From assembly GCA_017620395.1 (NCBI GenBank), contig JAFZQJ010000032.1, forward strand, positions 21,594-85,593: a DNA stretch of 64,000 bases, given 5' to 3'. The notes under the pieces were generated by a model. The model was not told the origin of the DNA. It saw only the letters and a program-made list of their open reading frames with translations, and did not search any database. Below are positions 38,738 to 51,116 of the stretch, piece by piece. How positions within the stretch are numbered: the first letter of the stretch is position 1; each line of letters opens with the position of its first letter. Position numbers and translations under genes: made by a program. This DNA is from Clostridia bacterium. Lineage in GTDB: Bacteria > Bacillota > Clostridia > Oscillospirales > RGIG8002.

Positions 38738-39772
38738 ATGGTCAACAAGGAATTTTTTGAAGCGCTGGATATGCTCGAAAAAGAGAACGGCATTTCCAAG
38801 GAATATATGCTGGACCGCGTCCGCGCGGCGCTGGAAACGGCGGTAAAGCGCGACGACGGCAACATCGATAATATCGAAGTGCTCGTAGACGAGGAGACCT
38901 CCTCCATCAGCCTCATCCGCCGCTGGACCGTCGTCGACGATATAACCGACGAGAACTGCCAGCTTACCCTCGAGGAAGCGAAGAAGATAAACAAAAAGGC
39001 GAAGCTCGGCGGCGAAGTCGTCCAGGAGATACAGACCAAGGAATTCGGCCGCATCGCAGCGCAGTCCGCAAAGCAGGTCATAATCCAGGCGATCCGCGAG
39101 GCCGAGAAACTCAAGCTGCTCGCCGACTTCCGCGGCAAGGAGCACGAGATAATCACCGCGCTCGTCACCAGCGTCGACCGCGTCAGCAGAAACGCCACCC
39201 TCGAGGTCGGCAGAAACAGCATCGTGCTGCCCGCCTCCGAGCAGGTCAAGGGCGAATACCTCACCGAAGGCAGCCGCGTGCGCATCTACGTCGTGGAGGT
39301 CAAGGAGACCGAGCGCGGACCGCGCATCGTCATCTCCCGCACCCATCCCGGTCTCGTGCGCCGTCTCTTCGAGCTCGAGGTGCCTGAGATCAACGAGGGT
39401 ATAGTCGATATCCGCGCCATCTCCCGCGAAGCCGGCAGCCGCTCCAAGGTCGCCGTCGCCTCCAACGACCCCTCCGTCGATCCCGTCGGCGCCTGCATCG
39501 GTCAGAAGGGCACCCGCGTCGACAACATCAAGACGGAGCTGCGCGGCGAGAAGATCGACATCGTCCGCTACAGCGACGATATCGCCGAGTTCGTAACGGC
39601 AGCCCTTTCCCCTTCCGAAGTCATCGCAGTCGACGTCAACGAAGAGGAGCACACCTGCCACGTTACCGTGCCGGCGGATCAGCTTTCGCTCGCTATCGGC
39701 AAGGAGGGCCAGAACGCCCGCCTCGCCGCCAAGCTTACCGGCTGGAAAATAGATATAAAACCGGCAATGTGA
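38738..39772 (+). CDS. nusA: transcription termination/antitermination factor NusA
   Basis: S1 domain and two KH domains (GACIGQKGTRV, LAIGKEGQNARLAAKLTGWKIDI). Confidence 0.9.
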   Translation: MVNKEFFEALDMLEKENGISKEYMLDRVRAALETAVKRDDGNIDNIEVLVDEETSSISLIRRWTVVDDITDENCQLTLEEAKKINKKAKLGGEVVQEIQTKEFGRIAAQSAKQVIIQAIREAEKLKLLADFRGKEHEIITALVTSVDRVSRNATLEVGRNSIVLPASEQVKGEYLTEGSRVRIYVVEVKETERGPRIVISRTHPGLVRRLFELEVPEINEGIVDIRAISREAGSRSKVAVASNDPSVDPVGACIGQKGTRVDNIKTELRGEKIDIVRYSDDIAEFVTAALSPSEVIAVDVNEEEHTCHVTVPADQLSLAIGKEGQNARLAAKLTGWKIDIKPAM

Positions 39773-39806
39773 CCGCCGGCCAAGCATAAGATTACCGGAG
39801 GCAGCT

Positions 39807-40079
39807 TTGAAGGAAAAGAAGATCCCGATGAGAAAATGCGTCGGCTGCGGAGGATCGAAGCCGAAACGCGAACTGCTCCGCGTCGTCTCGCCCAAGGATG
39901 AGGAGATCTTTCTCGACCTTACCGGCAAGGCGGCCGGCAGAGGCGCTTACATCTGCGCCGACCCCGATTGCCTCGCGAAGGCGCGGAAGGCGCGGCGGCT
40001 CGAACACGCGTTCGAGCGGCAGATACCTCCGGAGGTCTACGATATGCTCGAAAGAGAGCTTACGGAGGCGATAAAGTGA
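39807..40079 (+). CDS. rnpM: YlxR/RnpM family (DUF448) RNA-binding protein
   Basis: RKCVGCGGSKPKRELLRVV motif. TTG start 5 nt after GGAGG. Conserved position after nusA. Confidence 0.75.
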   Translation: MKEKKIPMRKCVGCGGSKPKRELLRVVSPKDEEIFLDLTGKAAGRGAYICADPDCLAKARKARRLEHAFERQIPPEVYDMLERELTEAIK

Positions 40080-40386
40080 CCGCTGACGAAAGAATACTGC
40101 ATTACCTCGGGCTCGCAGTCGTTTCGCGGAACGCCGAGCTGGGCGTCGACAAGACGCTCGCGGCGCTGAAACGGCACAAGCTGAAGCTCGCGGTGTTCGC
40201 CTCGGACGGCGAGCGCACCGCCGAAAAGGCGAAGCGCGGCTGCGAAGAAGCGGGCGTGCCCGTGCTGACCGGCGGCTTCGACAAGGCCGCGCTCGGCAAA
40301 GCCGTCGGCGCGGGAGCGACCGTCGTCGTAGGCGTCAGGGACAAGGGACTTGCCGCCGCCATTCTGAAAGTTACGGAGGAAAGCGT

Positions 40387-40393
<7 letters not shown>
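40076..40393 (+). CDS. L7Ae-family ribosomal-protein-like YlxQ
   Basis: GTG 40076 overlaps the ylxR stop. 105 aa with an L7Ae-like pattern. Conserved position before infB. Confidence 0.6.
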
Positions 40394-42753
<2,360 letters not shown>

Positions 42754-42763
42754 CAAACGGAGG

Positions 42764-42798
42764 AAGCCCCCGAAATATCGGGGGCTTTCCTGCTTTTT
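42764..42798 (+). terminator. intrinsic terminator after infB
   Basis: AAGCCCCCG-aaatat-CGGGGGCTT followed by TCCTGCTTTTT. Confidence 0.8.
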
Positions 42799-42813
42799 AG
42801 GGAGATTTTCGGA

Positions 42814-43458
42814 ATGAAATACAAATGCGCCGTCTTCGATATGGACGGCACGATACTCGACACGCTGCGCGACCTGATGGACGCGCTGAACTACGCGCTG
42901 CGGCTCTCCGGCCGCCCCGAGCGGACTCTCGACGAGGTGCGCTCCTTCGTCGGAAACGGCATAGTTATGCTGATACGGCGCGCCGCGCCCGACGCCGGGG
43001 ACGAAGCGCTCGAAAAGCTGCACGCCGATTTCCGCGAATGGTACGCGCCGCACTGCGCCGACCGCACCGCGCCCTACGAGGGCGTCCCGGAAGCCGTCGC
43101 CGCGCTGCGCGAAGCGGGAGTGCGCACCGCCGTCGTTTCCAACAAGTCCGAGCCGGAGGTAAAGGCGCTCTGCGAACGCTTCTTCCCCGGGCTTTTCGAG
43201 GCGCAGATAGGCGTCACCGCCGGCTCGAAGCCGAAGCCCGCGCCGGACTCCGTCTTCGCCGCGCTGAAGGCGCTCGGCGCGGACGCCTCCGAAGCCGTCT
43301 ATATCGGCGACTCCGAGGTGGATATGCAGACCGCCGCAAACGCCGGACTGCCCGCGATCGCGGTCGCGTGGGGGTTCCGCGGCGCGGATTTCCTGCGCTC
43401 CCTCGGCGCGGCAACGATAATCGACAGCCCGCGCGAGCTGGTCGGATTGATATTGTAA
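42814..43458 (+). CDS. HAD-family hydrolase (phosphoglycolate-phosphatase-like)
   Basis: DxDGT motif (AVFDMDGTILDT), VVSNK and YIGDSEVDMQTA. Confidence 0.75.
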   Translation: MKYKCAVFDMDGTILDTLRDLMDALNYALRLSGRPERTLDEVRSFVGNGIVMLIRRAAPDAGDEALEKLHADFREWYAPHCADRTAPYEGVPEAVAALREAGVRTAVVSNKSEPEVKALCERFFPGLFEAQIGVTAGSKPKPAPDSVFAALKALGADASEAVYIGDSEVDMQTAANAGLPAIAVAWGFRGADFLRSLGAATIIDSPRELVGLIL

Positions 43459-43547
43459 TTATTTTTCGGTTGACAAATTCCGCTTGATGCGGTTATTATA
43501 TTATCAGTTGATTATTTCCTTCGGGATAACGAAAGGATGGTTTTAAC

Positions 43548-45566
43548 ATGAAAAAACGCTTACTTTCCGTGCTGCTCGCGTTTGCGCTCGTGCTCGGGTT
43601 GCTTCCGCTGACGGCGATCACCGCCGCTGCGGCGAGCGACCTCGACAACGCGCTGAACGTTTCCGGCGGCAACCTGAAATTCAGCAGCAGCGGCAGCTAT
43701 CCCTGGACCGCCGTCAACGACGGCACGCGCGTTTACGCGACGAGCGGCAACGCGGGCGTCGCGAGCTCTGAATCCGTAATGACTCTTTCCGTCTCCCCGA
43801 CGAGCGCCACCGCCGTCTCCTTCGAATTCATGGCGTGGGGCGAGACCTACAAATCCCAGCCCTGCGACGTATGCACCTTCTACATCGACAACGTGGCGCA
43901 GTTCAGCTACGGCGCCCTCTGCAACAACTGGGAAACCTATACCGCGCCGCTTTCCGCGGGCGCGCACACGCTCAAATGGGAGTATAAAAAGGACAGCTCC
44001 GAAGACCCGGTGCTCGACTTCTTCGCCGTCGACAACGTCAAGATCGGCATCGACCGCTATCCCCTCTACGCGAAGGGAACGCAAGTGACGACCGCCAACT
44101 GCCGCGACGTTCTCGGCGACGGCAAGCTTTCCTTCGATCCGAGCAGCAACACCCTCACCGTCTCCGGCACCGAATCCGGCCTGCAGGCGGTACTTATCAG
44201 CGAACTCGACGGTCTTACCGTCAAGACGACGGCCGACTCTACGTTTATGAACATTGGTTCCGGTCCCGCCGTTTCGCTGAAGGGCAATACCACCTTCGTC
44301 AGCGAAGGCGGCAGACTTTCGCTGATGGCAATGAGCGGTAACGCTCTTGCCTTTATCGGCAGCAATACCACGCTGTATTTCTACGCCGCCGATTTCTACG
44401 CGAAGGGCACGACCGGCGGTATCGTTTCCACCGGCTCGGGCAACAGGCTCAACGTCAAGGCTTCGGCCGTCCGCGCCGAAGCCGAAAGCGGCAACGCCGC
44501 GGTCGCAGGTTTCGGCGGCGGCATCACTTATTCCGACTGCAACCTTACCACCCCGAATAACGCCCAGATATCCAACGGCCGCATCAACAGCGGCAGCTCT
44601 GCCGCCATTCAGGCCGTTTTCACTCTCAACAACGCGACGCTCTACGGCATCTGCACCGCCGATTTCGGCGGAAGCAACAGCGATAAGTGGTTAAAATTCG
44701 AAAGCACCTCGAGCAAGACCGTTACCGCGCTCGGCGCCGCGCCCGACAACTCCTACGCAGTCGCGTACGCCTACGGAACGATCTACGGCATTACCAACGC
44801 CGACGACAACGGCAACGGCGGCGGCATACTGTGGACGGCGCCTTTCGGCAATCCGGGCAACTACACGCTCGGCAAGCAGGTATACAACGGCGACGGTACG
44901 CTGCGCTCGATGACCTACGACTATACGGGCAATAAGCTCTTTGTGCTCATAAACTCCGGCACCTCCTCGTCGCTTTATTCGCTTAATCCCTCCACCGCGG
45001 CGCTGACCGAAATAGGCGCTCTCGGCCAGAACTTCTACGGCATCTGCGCTGACGAAAACGGCACGATCTACGGCATAAACAGCCTCGGCATGCTCTACAC
45101 TATAAACGGCAAAACCGCCGAAACGACGTTCCTTCTTGCCACCGGCTACGCCTGCAAATACGTTCAGGATATCGCCTATGACTTCGACACCGGCGACATC
45201 TACTGGGCGCGCGTCTACTCGACGAGCGACGGCGAGCATGGGCTCTGCCGCATAAACAAGACCACCGGCGAAACCTTCGTTCTGAATAAGATCGGCCCCT
45301 CCGGCGCCGAGATCGTCGGTATGTTCGCCGTTCCGGCGAACGAGCCCGGCGCACCGCAGTCAAAGAAGGGCGATATGGACAAGGACGGCGAGATCACGGT
45401 CAACGACGCGCTGAAGGCGCTGCGTATCGCCGCGAAGCTTGCCGCAGCGTCCGATGAGGATATGCTTATAGGCGACGTCGACGGCGACGGCGATATCACC
45501 GTCAACGACGCGCTGAAGATCCTCCGCGTCGCCGCGAAGCTCGCCGACGAAAGCAGTCTGGGATAA
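43548..45566 (+). CDS. secreted protein with N-terminal jelly-roll-like domain, YG-repeat (beta-propeller-like) region and C-terminal dockerin
   Basis: Signal peptide (LLSVLLAFALVLGLLPLTAITAAAA). Recurrent xYGI/YGIC turns. Terminal duplicated loops DMDKDGEITVNDALKALR and DVDGDGDITVNDALKILR (about 45360-45563). Confidence 0.75.
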   Translation: MKKRLLSVLLAFALVLGLLPLTAITAAAASDLDNALNVSGGNLKFSSSGSYPWTAVNDGTRVYATSGNAGVASSESVMTLSVSPTSATAVSFEFMAWGETYKSQPCDVCTFYIDNVAQFSYGALCNNWETYTAPLSAGAHTLKWEYKKDSSEDPVLDFFAVDNVKIGIDRYPLYAKGTQVTTANCRDVLGDGKLSFDPSSNTLTVSGTESGLQAVLISELDGLTVKTTADSTFMNIGSGPAVSLKGNTTFVSEGGRLSLMAMSGNALAFIGSNTTLYFYAADFYAKGTTGGIVSTGSGNRLNVKASAVRAEAESGNAAVAGFGGGITYSDCNLTTPNNAQISNGRINSGSSAAIQAVFTLNNATLYGICTADFGGSNSDKWLKFESTSSKTVTALGAAPDNSYAVAYAYGTIYGITNADDNGNGGGILWTAPFGNPGNYTLGKQVYNGDGTLRSMTYDYTGNKLFVLINSGTSSSLYSLNPSTAALTEIGALGQNFYGICADENGTIYGINSLGMLYTINGKTAETTFLLATGYACKYVQDIAYDFDTGDIYWARVYSTSDGEHGLCRINKTTGETFVLNKIGPSGAEIVGMFAVPANEPGAPQSKKGDMDKDGEITVNDALKALRIAAKLAAASDEDMLIGDVDGDGDITVNDALKILRVAAKLADESSLG

Positions 45567-45662
45567 CCTCCCGTCCGTCGTCCCGGACGAAGCGAGAGGC
45601 CCCGAGCCTTTCGCATCCGTCCGCGTATGGAAACCGGATTCCGCAAATACGGCAAAAACCGC

Positions 45663-45730
45663 GCAGCCCCGTCAAAGGGCGTGCAGATAAGTCTTATCTG
45701 CACGCCCAAATCGGCGGGGCTGCCTTTTTT
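45663..45730 (+). terminator. compound (nested) hairpin terminator after the dockerin protein gene
   Basis: Outer stem GCAGCCCCG/CGGGGCTGC encloses the inner 14-bp stem GGGCGTGCAGATAAG/TTATCTGCACGCCC, followed by CTTTTTT. Confidence 0.8.
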
Positions 45731-45765
45731 ATCTCCCTAATTGTGAAGAAAATGTGAAAAAACCG

Positions 45766-45794
45766 TTGACAAACGGGAAAAAATATTGTATAGT
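45766..45794 (+). promoter_or_regulatory. consensus-like sigma-A promoter of the TetR-GPH-GH36-GT-B operon
   Basis: TTGACA (45766-45771), 17-nt spacer, TATAGT (45789-45794). Confidence 0.75.
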
Positions 45795-45818
45795 ATTGAT
45801 AGTCAGACTATCAATACT
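45792..45818. promoter_or_regulatory. perfect palindromic operator (13-bp arms), probable TetR site
   Basis: AGTATTGATAGTC-A-GACTATCAATACT, overlapping the -10 box and the expected transcription start. Confidence 0.75.
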
Positions 45819-45857
45819 CATATTTCCACGTTTTTTCTATTCCCGCGGAGGCGCAGA

Positions 45858-46460
45858 ATGAACAAACTCAACCGGAGCGAGCTGACGGCGATAGTCGCCG
45901 CGGCCGCGGACCTTTTCCTCGAAAACACCATCGAAGCGACCTCGATAAAGGACGTCGCCGCGCGCGCCGGATACGGCGAGGCGACGATCTACCGCCGCTT
46001 CGGCACGAAGCAGAACCTCGCGGTGCAGGCCGCCTCTCACCTCGCGCTCGGAGTGCTGGGTCGCTACTTCGACCTCGACGCCTGCAGGGACGGCTTCTCC
46101 GCGCTCGCGGAGTTTTACCGCGCGTTCCTGCGCGTATTCGAGGACGACCGCCGCTACTTCCGCTTCATCCGCGAGCTCGACTCCTACTTCCTGCGCGACG
46201 CGGAGAGCAAGGAGGAATACGAGGACATCATATTCCTCTATTACCACCGCTTTCAGCGCGCCTACGAGCGCGGGCTCGCCGACGGCACCGTGCGCGAAAT
46301 CGAGAAGCCGGGCGTCTTCTACTACGCCTCCTGCCACGCGCTGCTGAATCTCTGCAAGGCGCTCTCCGCCGACACGCTGCTGCGGCAGGACGAAAACGCG
46401 CACCCCGAATACGAGGTCGCCGCGCTGATAGACATGATACTCTATAACCTCGTGCCGTAA
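45858..46460 (+). CDS. TetR/AcrR-family transcriptional regulator
   Basis: HTH TSIKDVAARAGYGEATIYRRFGTKQNL. ATG 45858 after GGAGG. Perfect palindromic operator in its own promoter. Confidence 0.85.
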   Translation: MNKLNRSELTAIVAAAADLFLENTIEATSIKDVAARAGYGEATIYRRFGTKQNLAVQAASHLALGVLGRYFDLDACRDGFSALAEFYRAFLRVFEDDRRYFRFIRELDSYFLRDAESKEEYEDIIFLYYHRFQRAYERGLADGTVREIEKPGVFYYASCHALLNLCKALSADTLLRQDENAHPEYEVAALIDMILYNLVP

Positions 46461-46568
46461 CGGCGCTCATCAGGGCTTTGCCGCTCGTCCGGGCGGTGAT
46501 AATACGTTTTTCCAAAATACAAATACGGGAGGGAAGAGTTACTCCGGACGGTAACGCTTCAACACGCT

Positions 46569-48059
46569 ATGAAAAGACTGACCAAAAAGAAGATGATCAT
46601 CTTCGCGATCGGCCAGCTCGGCTGGTCGATGCTCAGCGGCATCATCAACACCTGGCTCGTCACCTTCTACCTGCCGGCGCAGGTCGACATCGAAGGCGGC
46701 GCGACGCAGTACATCACCCCCGGTCTCGTCATATTCGGATTCCTGACGATACTCGGCCTGATCACCGCGCTCAGCCGTATCTTCGACGCGATCACCGACC
46801 CGCTGATCGCAAACATGAGCGATCGCTTCAACAACAAGTGGGGCAGGCGCAATCCCTTCATGCAGTGGGCGGCGATACCGCTCTCCGTCGTGACGGTGCT
46901 GCTCTTCTGCGCCCCCGTGAAGGCCATCAGCGGCATAAACGTGCTGTGGATCTCGATCTTCATCGTCCTTTTCTACACCTTCATGACTATGTACTGCACG
47001 CCCTATAACGCGCTGATAAGCGAATACGGCAAGACGCAGGACGACAGAATGTTCATCTCCACCGCGATCTCGCTGACCTTCTTCTTCGGCACGCTGCTGG
47101 CGTACACCCCCTTCGTTTTCGCGGGAATGCTGCGCAGCTCCGGGCTCACCTACGACTGGAGCTACCGCGCCTGCTTCATCGTGCTCGCGGTCGTCGCCTG
47201 CGTATGCATGCTGCTGCCGACCTTCCTCATTCGCGAGAAGGAATACGTCGACACCAAGCCCTCGAACACCAACGTCTTCAAGTCGCTCGCCGCGACCTTC
47301 AAGAACCGCGAGTTCCGCGTCTTCGTCAGCTCCGACATCATGTACTGGATCGGCCTGACGCTTTTCCAGACCGGTCTGCCCTTCTTCGTCAAGGTCTCGA
47401 TGGCGCTCGACGAAAGCTACACCATGATATTCATGGGCGCGATGACCGTGCTCTCCGCCTGCTTCTATCCCTTCGTTTCCGGGCTCGTGCGTAAGTTCGG
47501 CAAGAAGAAGCTGACGATCTGCGGCTTCCTCGGGCTCGCGCTTGCGTATCTGATCACCGCGATGATCCGCTTCGTCGCCCTGCCGGGCGTCGTCTACGGC
47601 GCGGCCATCTGCATCATCGCCGCCTTCCCGATGGCGCTGCTCGGCATCATCCCGCAGTCCATCGTCGCCGACGTCGCGGAAGCCGACGGCATTGTCACCG
47701 GCGAAAACCGCGAGGGTATGTTCTTCGCGGCCCGCACCTTCGCGATGAAGTGGGGACAGTCCATCGCGATGCTCGTCTTCACCTCGCTCGCCATCTTCGG
47801 CACCACCCAGAACGTCAACGCGAACGACATCACCGCTTCCCCGAAGGGTCTGACTATAGTCGCCTTCGCCGCGGTCGCCTTCTGCGTGCTCGGTGCGGTC
47901 ATCCTCGGCCTCTATAACGAGAAGAAGGTCATGAAGACCATCGACAAGTCCGGAAAGACGCCCGACGAGCTGCCCGAGACCCGCAAGTACATCGACGTAC
48001 CGCTCGCCCCCAACGCGCCCGAAATGCCCGGCAATCCCGGAGCGAAGGACGCCGAGTAA
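46569..48059 (+). CDS. GPH-family (MelB-like glycoside-pentoside-hexuronide:cation symporter) MFS transporter
   Basis: 12 hydrophobic segments, AIGQLGWSMLSG N-terminus and a DRFNNKWGRRNPF loop typical of GPH symporters. Confidence 0.75.
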   Translation: MKRLTKKKMIIFAIGQLGWSMLSGIINTWLVTFYLPAQVDIEGGATQYITPGLVIFGFLTILGLITALSRIFDAITDPLIANMSDRFNNKWGRRNPFMQWAAIPLSVVTVLLFCAPVKAISGINVLWISIFIVLFYTFMTMYCTPYNALISEYGKTQDDRMFISTAISLTFFFGTLLAYTPFVFAGMLRSSGLTYDWSYRACFIVLAVVACVCMLLPTFLIREKEYVDTKPSNTNVFKSLAATFKNREFRVFVSSDIMYWIGLTLFQTGLPFFVKVSMALDESYTMIFMGAMTVLSACFYPFVSGLVRKFGKKKLTICGFLGLALAYLITAMIRFVALPGVVYGAAICIIAAFPMALLGIIPQSIVADVAEADGIVTGENREGMFFAARTFAMKWGQSIAMLVFTSLAIFGTTQNVNANDITASPKGLTIVAFAAVAFCVLGAVILGLYNEKKVMKTIDKSGKTPDELPETRKYIDVPLAPNAPEMPGNPGAKDAE

Positions 48060-48063
48060 GCCT

Positions 48064-49677
48064 ATGGAACGCGGATTCACTTTATCCTATTTCGCGGACG
48101 GCGAACGCCGCGAACTGATAAACGAAACCGAAAACGCCGACCTTGCCGTCGTCCTGACCGACGACGGCAGGCGCCGCGTCGTCACCGCGCGCGCGAAGAC
48201 CGAAGTCGAGCTCGCCGAATACCGCGAGGAGCTCCCATTCCGCGTGAGCAGGGACGGGTTATGCTTCACCAACGGCTACCAGTCCTGGACCGACAGCGCG
48301 GAGCGCCGCCTCAGCGAAAAGGAGCGCGACGTCACCCGCCTGCCGCGGAAGCTCGTCAACGCCTTCTCGTTCGACCGCTACGGCGACGCGGCCTTCTACC
48401 CCTACTCCCGCCGCAAGCTGCACGGCTACGACGTCTTCTACGTCAAGGGCGGCGACGGCGGCTGGGCGGTAAACCTCAACTCAAACAACGCCTGGCTCGT
48501 CTTCGAGGTCGACCGCGGGAAGGGCGGAGTCTCCGCCGTTTCCGACGTCGCCGGCGCGAAGCTCGCGCCCGGCGCGGAGTTCACCGTCTGCGACTTCGTT
48601 TACGGCAGCGACTGGAAGGGGCTGCCCGACGAGTATTTCCCGAAGCGCGATATCAAAAAGATCTTCGGCTACACGTCGTGGTACAACTACTACCAGAATA
48701 TCAACGAAGAAATACTGCTGCGCGACCTCGAGGGGCTTGACGGCCGTTTCAACCTCTTCCAGATCGACGACGGCTACGCCGAACACGTCGGCGACTGGCT
48801 CGATGTCGATAAGGAGAAGTTCCCGAACGGGCTGGAGCCCGTCGTCGAACGCATACGCGGACGCGGCTTCACGCCGGGGATATGGCTCGCGCCGTTCGTC
48901 GCGGAGGAGAAGAGCCGCCTCTTCGAGGAGCACGCCGACTGGTTCAAAAGCGGCGACGACTGCGGCTTCGTCAAGTGCGGGTGCAACTGGTCGGGCTTCT
49001 ACGCCCTCGACCTCGGGAATCCCGACGCGCTCGGGTATATACGCCGCTGTCTGAAGCATTATCTCGATATGGGCTTCGGCTTCTTCAAGCTGGACTTCCT
49101 CTACGCCGCCTGCCTGCCGCGCTATGAAGGGCTCACCCGTGCGCAGGCCGCCGCCCGCGCCTTCGATTTCCTGCGCGACGCGCTCGGCGACGCGCTCATT
49201 CTCGGCTGCGGCGCGCCTTTATCGAGCTCCGCCGGCAGATTCGACTACCTGCGCGTCGGCCCGGACGTTTCGCTCGACTTCGACGACAAGTGGTTCATGC
49301 GGCATATGCACCGCGAACGCGTCTCCACGAAGGTCACGCTGCAGAACACCGTCTACCGCTCCTTCGCGGACGGGCGGATGTTCGGCTGCGACCCCGACGT
49401 TTTCCTGCTGCGCGACCGCAATACGAAGCTTTCGCCCGAGCAGCGCCGCGCGCTGCTGACGCTGAACGCGCTCTTCGGCAGCGTGCTGATGACCTCCGAC
49501 AACCTCGCGGAGTACGACGAAGCGAAAAAAGCCCTGCTCGCGCAGGGACTTGAGCTTTTCCGCGAAGCCGAGGTCACCGGCTTCAGCCGCGGCGGGCATA
49601 TGATAAGCGTCGAATACAAGCTCGGCGGCGAAACGAAAACGATACTATACTTCACCGACAAAGGAGTGCTCGTATGA
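48064..49677 (+). CDS. clan GH-D alpha-galactosidase-like glycoside hydrolase (GH36-like)
   Basis: FQIDDGY and GFFKLDF (KxD nucleophile context) motifs. 4-nt gap after the transporter gene. Confidence 0.6.
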   Translation: MERGFTLSYFADGERRELINETENADLAVVLTDDGRRRVVTARAKTEVELAEYREELPFRVSRDGLCFTNGYQSWTDSAERRLSEKERDVTRLPRKLVNAFSFDRYGDAAFYPYSRRKLHGYDVFYVKGGDGGWAVNLNSNNAWLVFEVDRGKGGVSAVSDVAGAKLAPGAEFTVCDFVYGSDWKGLPDEYFPKRDIKKIFGYTSWYNYYQNINEEILLRDLEGLDGRFNLFQIDDGYAEHVGDWLDVDKEKFPNGLEPVVERIRGRGFTPGIWLAPFVAEEKSRLFEEHADWFKSGDDCGFVKCGCNWSGFYALDLGNPDALGYIRRCLKHYLDMGFGFFKLDFLYAACLPRYEGLTRAQAAARAFDFLRDALGDALILGCGAPLSSSAGRFDYLRVGPDVSLDFDDKWFMRHMHRERVSTKVTLQNTVYRSFADGRMFGCDPDVFLLRDRNTKLSPEQRRALLTLNALFGSVLMTSDNLAEYDEAKKALLAQGLELFREAEVTGFSRGGHMISVEYKLGGETKTILYFTDKGVLV

Positions 49678-51116
49678 ACGACAGAACGGCCGTCATATTC
49701 GGCAACGCGATGGACAAAAAGACCGTCCGCGCCGCCGAAAAGAGCAAACAAAGCTATATCAAAAAGTTCGGCGACGACAGCGCCGCCGATTACAAAATAA
49801 ACTTCGAGCCGATAGAAGCGCTCGACTTCATCGGCGCTCAAAACGTCGTCTTCGGCGAAGAGAACGCCGAATTCGGCGGGAATCCGCTCATCGTCGGCAA
49901 CATCCGCATGGGTTTCGGTCACTACCGCATCTCCATCGCGATGGCGTCCTGCGCGAAGGCGCTGGGCTTCACGCCCTACTGGCTCGACCTCGCCTCCTTC
50001 GACGCGACCGGCTCGAAGATGATACGCAAGCAGAACGACATGTATTCCCTCGCCTCCCGCATCTCGCAGAAGTCGCGGCTTTTCAACAAGTTAGTATGGG
50101 AGCCGCTCAACTGCGAGGGCTTCAAGAAGATAACCTACAACGCGAAGGATCAGAAAAACAGCGAGCTGCTCGCGCCGATCTTTAAGAACATCCCGAAGGA
50201 TATCCCCTATATCGCCACGCACGTCTGGCCCGCGCAGGGCGCGGTGCACGCCGGGATGACGCACGTCGTCAACGCGATCCCGGATAACTGGCCGATGGGG
50301 CTTCATCTCGCGGAGGGCTCGATGCACGCCGTGCAGACGCCCTTCGCCTACCTCGGCTACAAAACGCTCGACGGCTTCGCGAAGACGCCGCTGAAGGGCA
50401 TTCCCGAATCGCAGCTGAAGATGGTCGGCCGCTACGTCGACCACGAGCTGCTCGCCGGGCTGGAGGAGGACAACGCCCGCAGGATCGAACGCGCGAAGGC
50501 GGGCAGACCGCTGCGCATCCTGCTGACCGTAGGCGGAGCCGGAGCCGGAGGCGGCACCTTCGCCGCGATGATAAAGCACCTGCTCCCCTACGTCAGGGCG
50601 AAGAAGGCGGCGCTCTTCATCAACGCCGGCGACCACGCCGACGTCTGCGAAGCGATGGCGAAGAAGGTCGGAGTCGAGAACGAGGCGCGCTTCCTGCGCA
50701 ACGACTGGGCGGGGCTGAAGCAGCTCGTCAGCGGCCTGCGCGACGGCGACGCCGAGGGCGTGACCTTCATCTGCGACGACGACATCTTCCGCGCCGTCTA
50801 CGGCACGAACATGCTGATGCCCGTCTGCGACCTGCTCGTGACGAAGCCGAGCGAGCTCGTCTATTACCCGATCCCGAAGGTGTTCATGAAACACATCGGC
50901 GGGCACGAGGTCTACGGCGCGATCAGCGGCCGCGAGCTCGGCGACTCCGACAACGAGTACCCCGACGTCAAAGACCTCAACGCCGCGCTCGACCGCCTGC
51001 TGAACGACCGCGAACTGCTCCCGCACTTCTGCGGGCGCATAAACGAACTGAAGGCGCAGGGCGCCTACGACGGCGCTTATGAATGCGTCAAACTCGCCTG
51101 CGGCGAGTTTGACTAA
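49674..51116 (+). CDS. uncharacterised GT-B-fold-like protein (distant MGDG-synthase/GT28-like features)
   Basis: ATGA overlap with the GH36-like gene. IRMGFGHYRISIAMAS and DLLVTKPSELVYYPIP resemble the N- and C-terminal motifs of GT28-type enzymes. No confident family assignment. Confidence 0.55.
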   Translation: MNDRTAVIFGNAMDKKTVRAAEKSKQSYIKKFGDDSAADYKINFEPIEALDFIGAQNVVFGEENAEFGGNPLIVGNIRMGFGHYRISIAMASCAKALGFTPYWLDLASFDATGSKMIRKQNDMYSLASRISQKSRLFNKLVWEPLNCEGFKKITYNAKDQKNSELLAPIFKNIPKDIPYIATHVWPAQGAVHAGMTHVVNAIPDNWPMGLHLAEGSMHAVQTPFAYLGYKTLDGFAKTPLKGIPESQLKMVGRYVDHELLAGLEEDNARRIERAKAGRPLRILLTVGGAGAGGGTFAAMIKHLLPYVRAKKAALFINAGDHADVCEAMAKKVGVENEARFLRNDWAGLKQLVSGLRDGDAEGVTFICDDDIFRAVYGTNMLMPVCDLLVTKPSELVYYPIPKVFMKHIGGHEVYGAISGRELGDSDNEYPDVKDLNAALDRLLNDRELLPHFCGRINELKAQGAYDGAYECVKLACGEFD

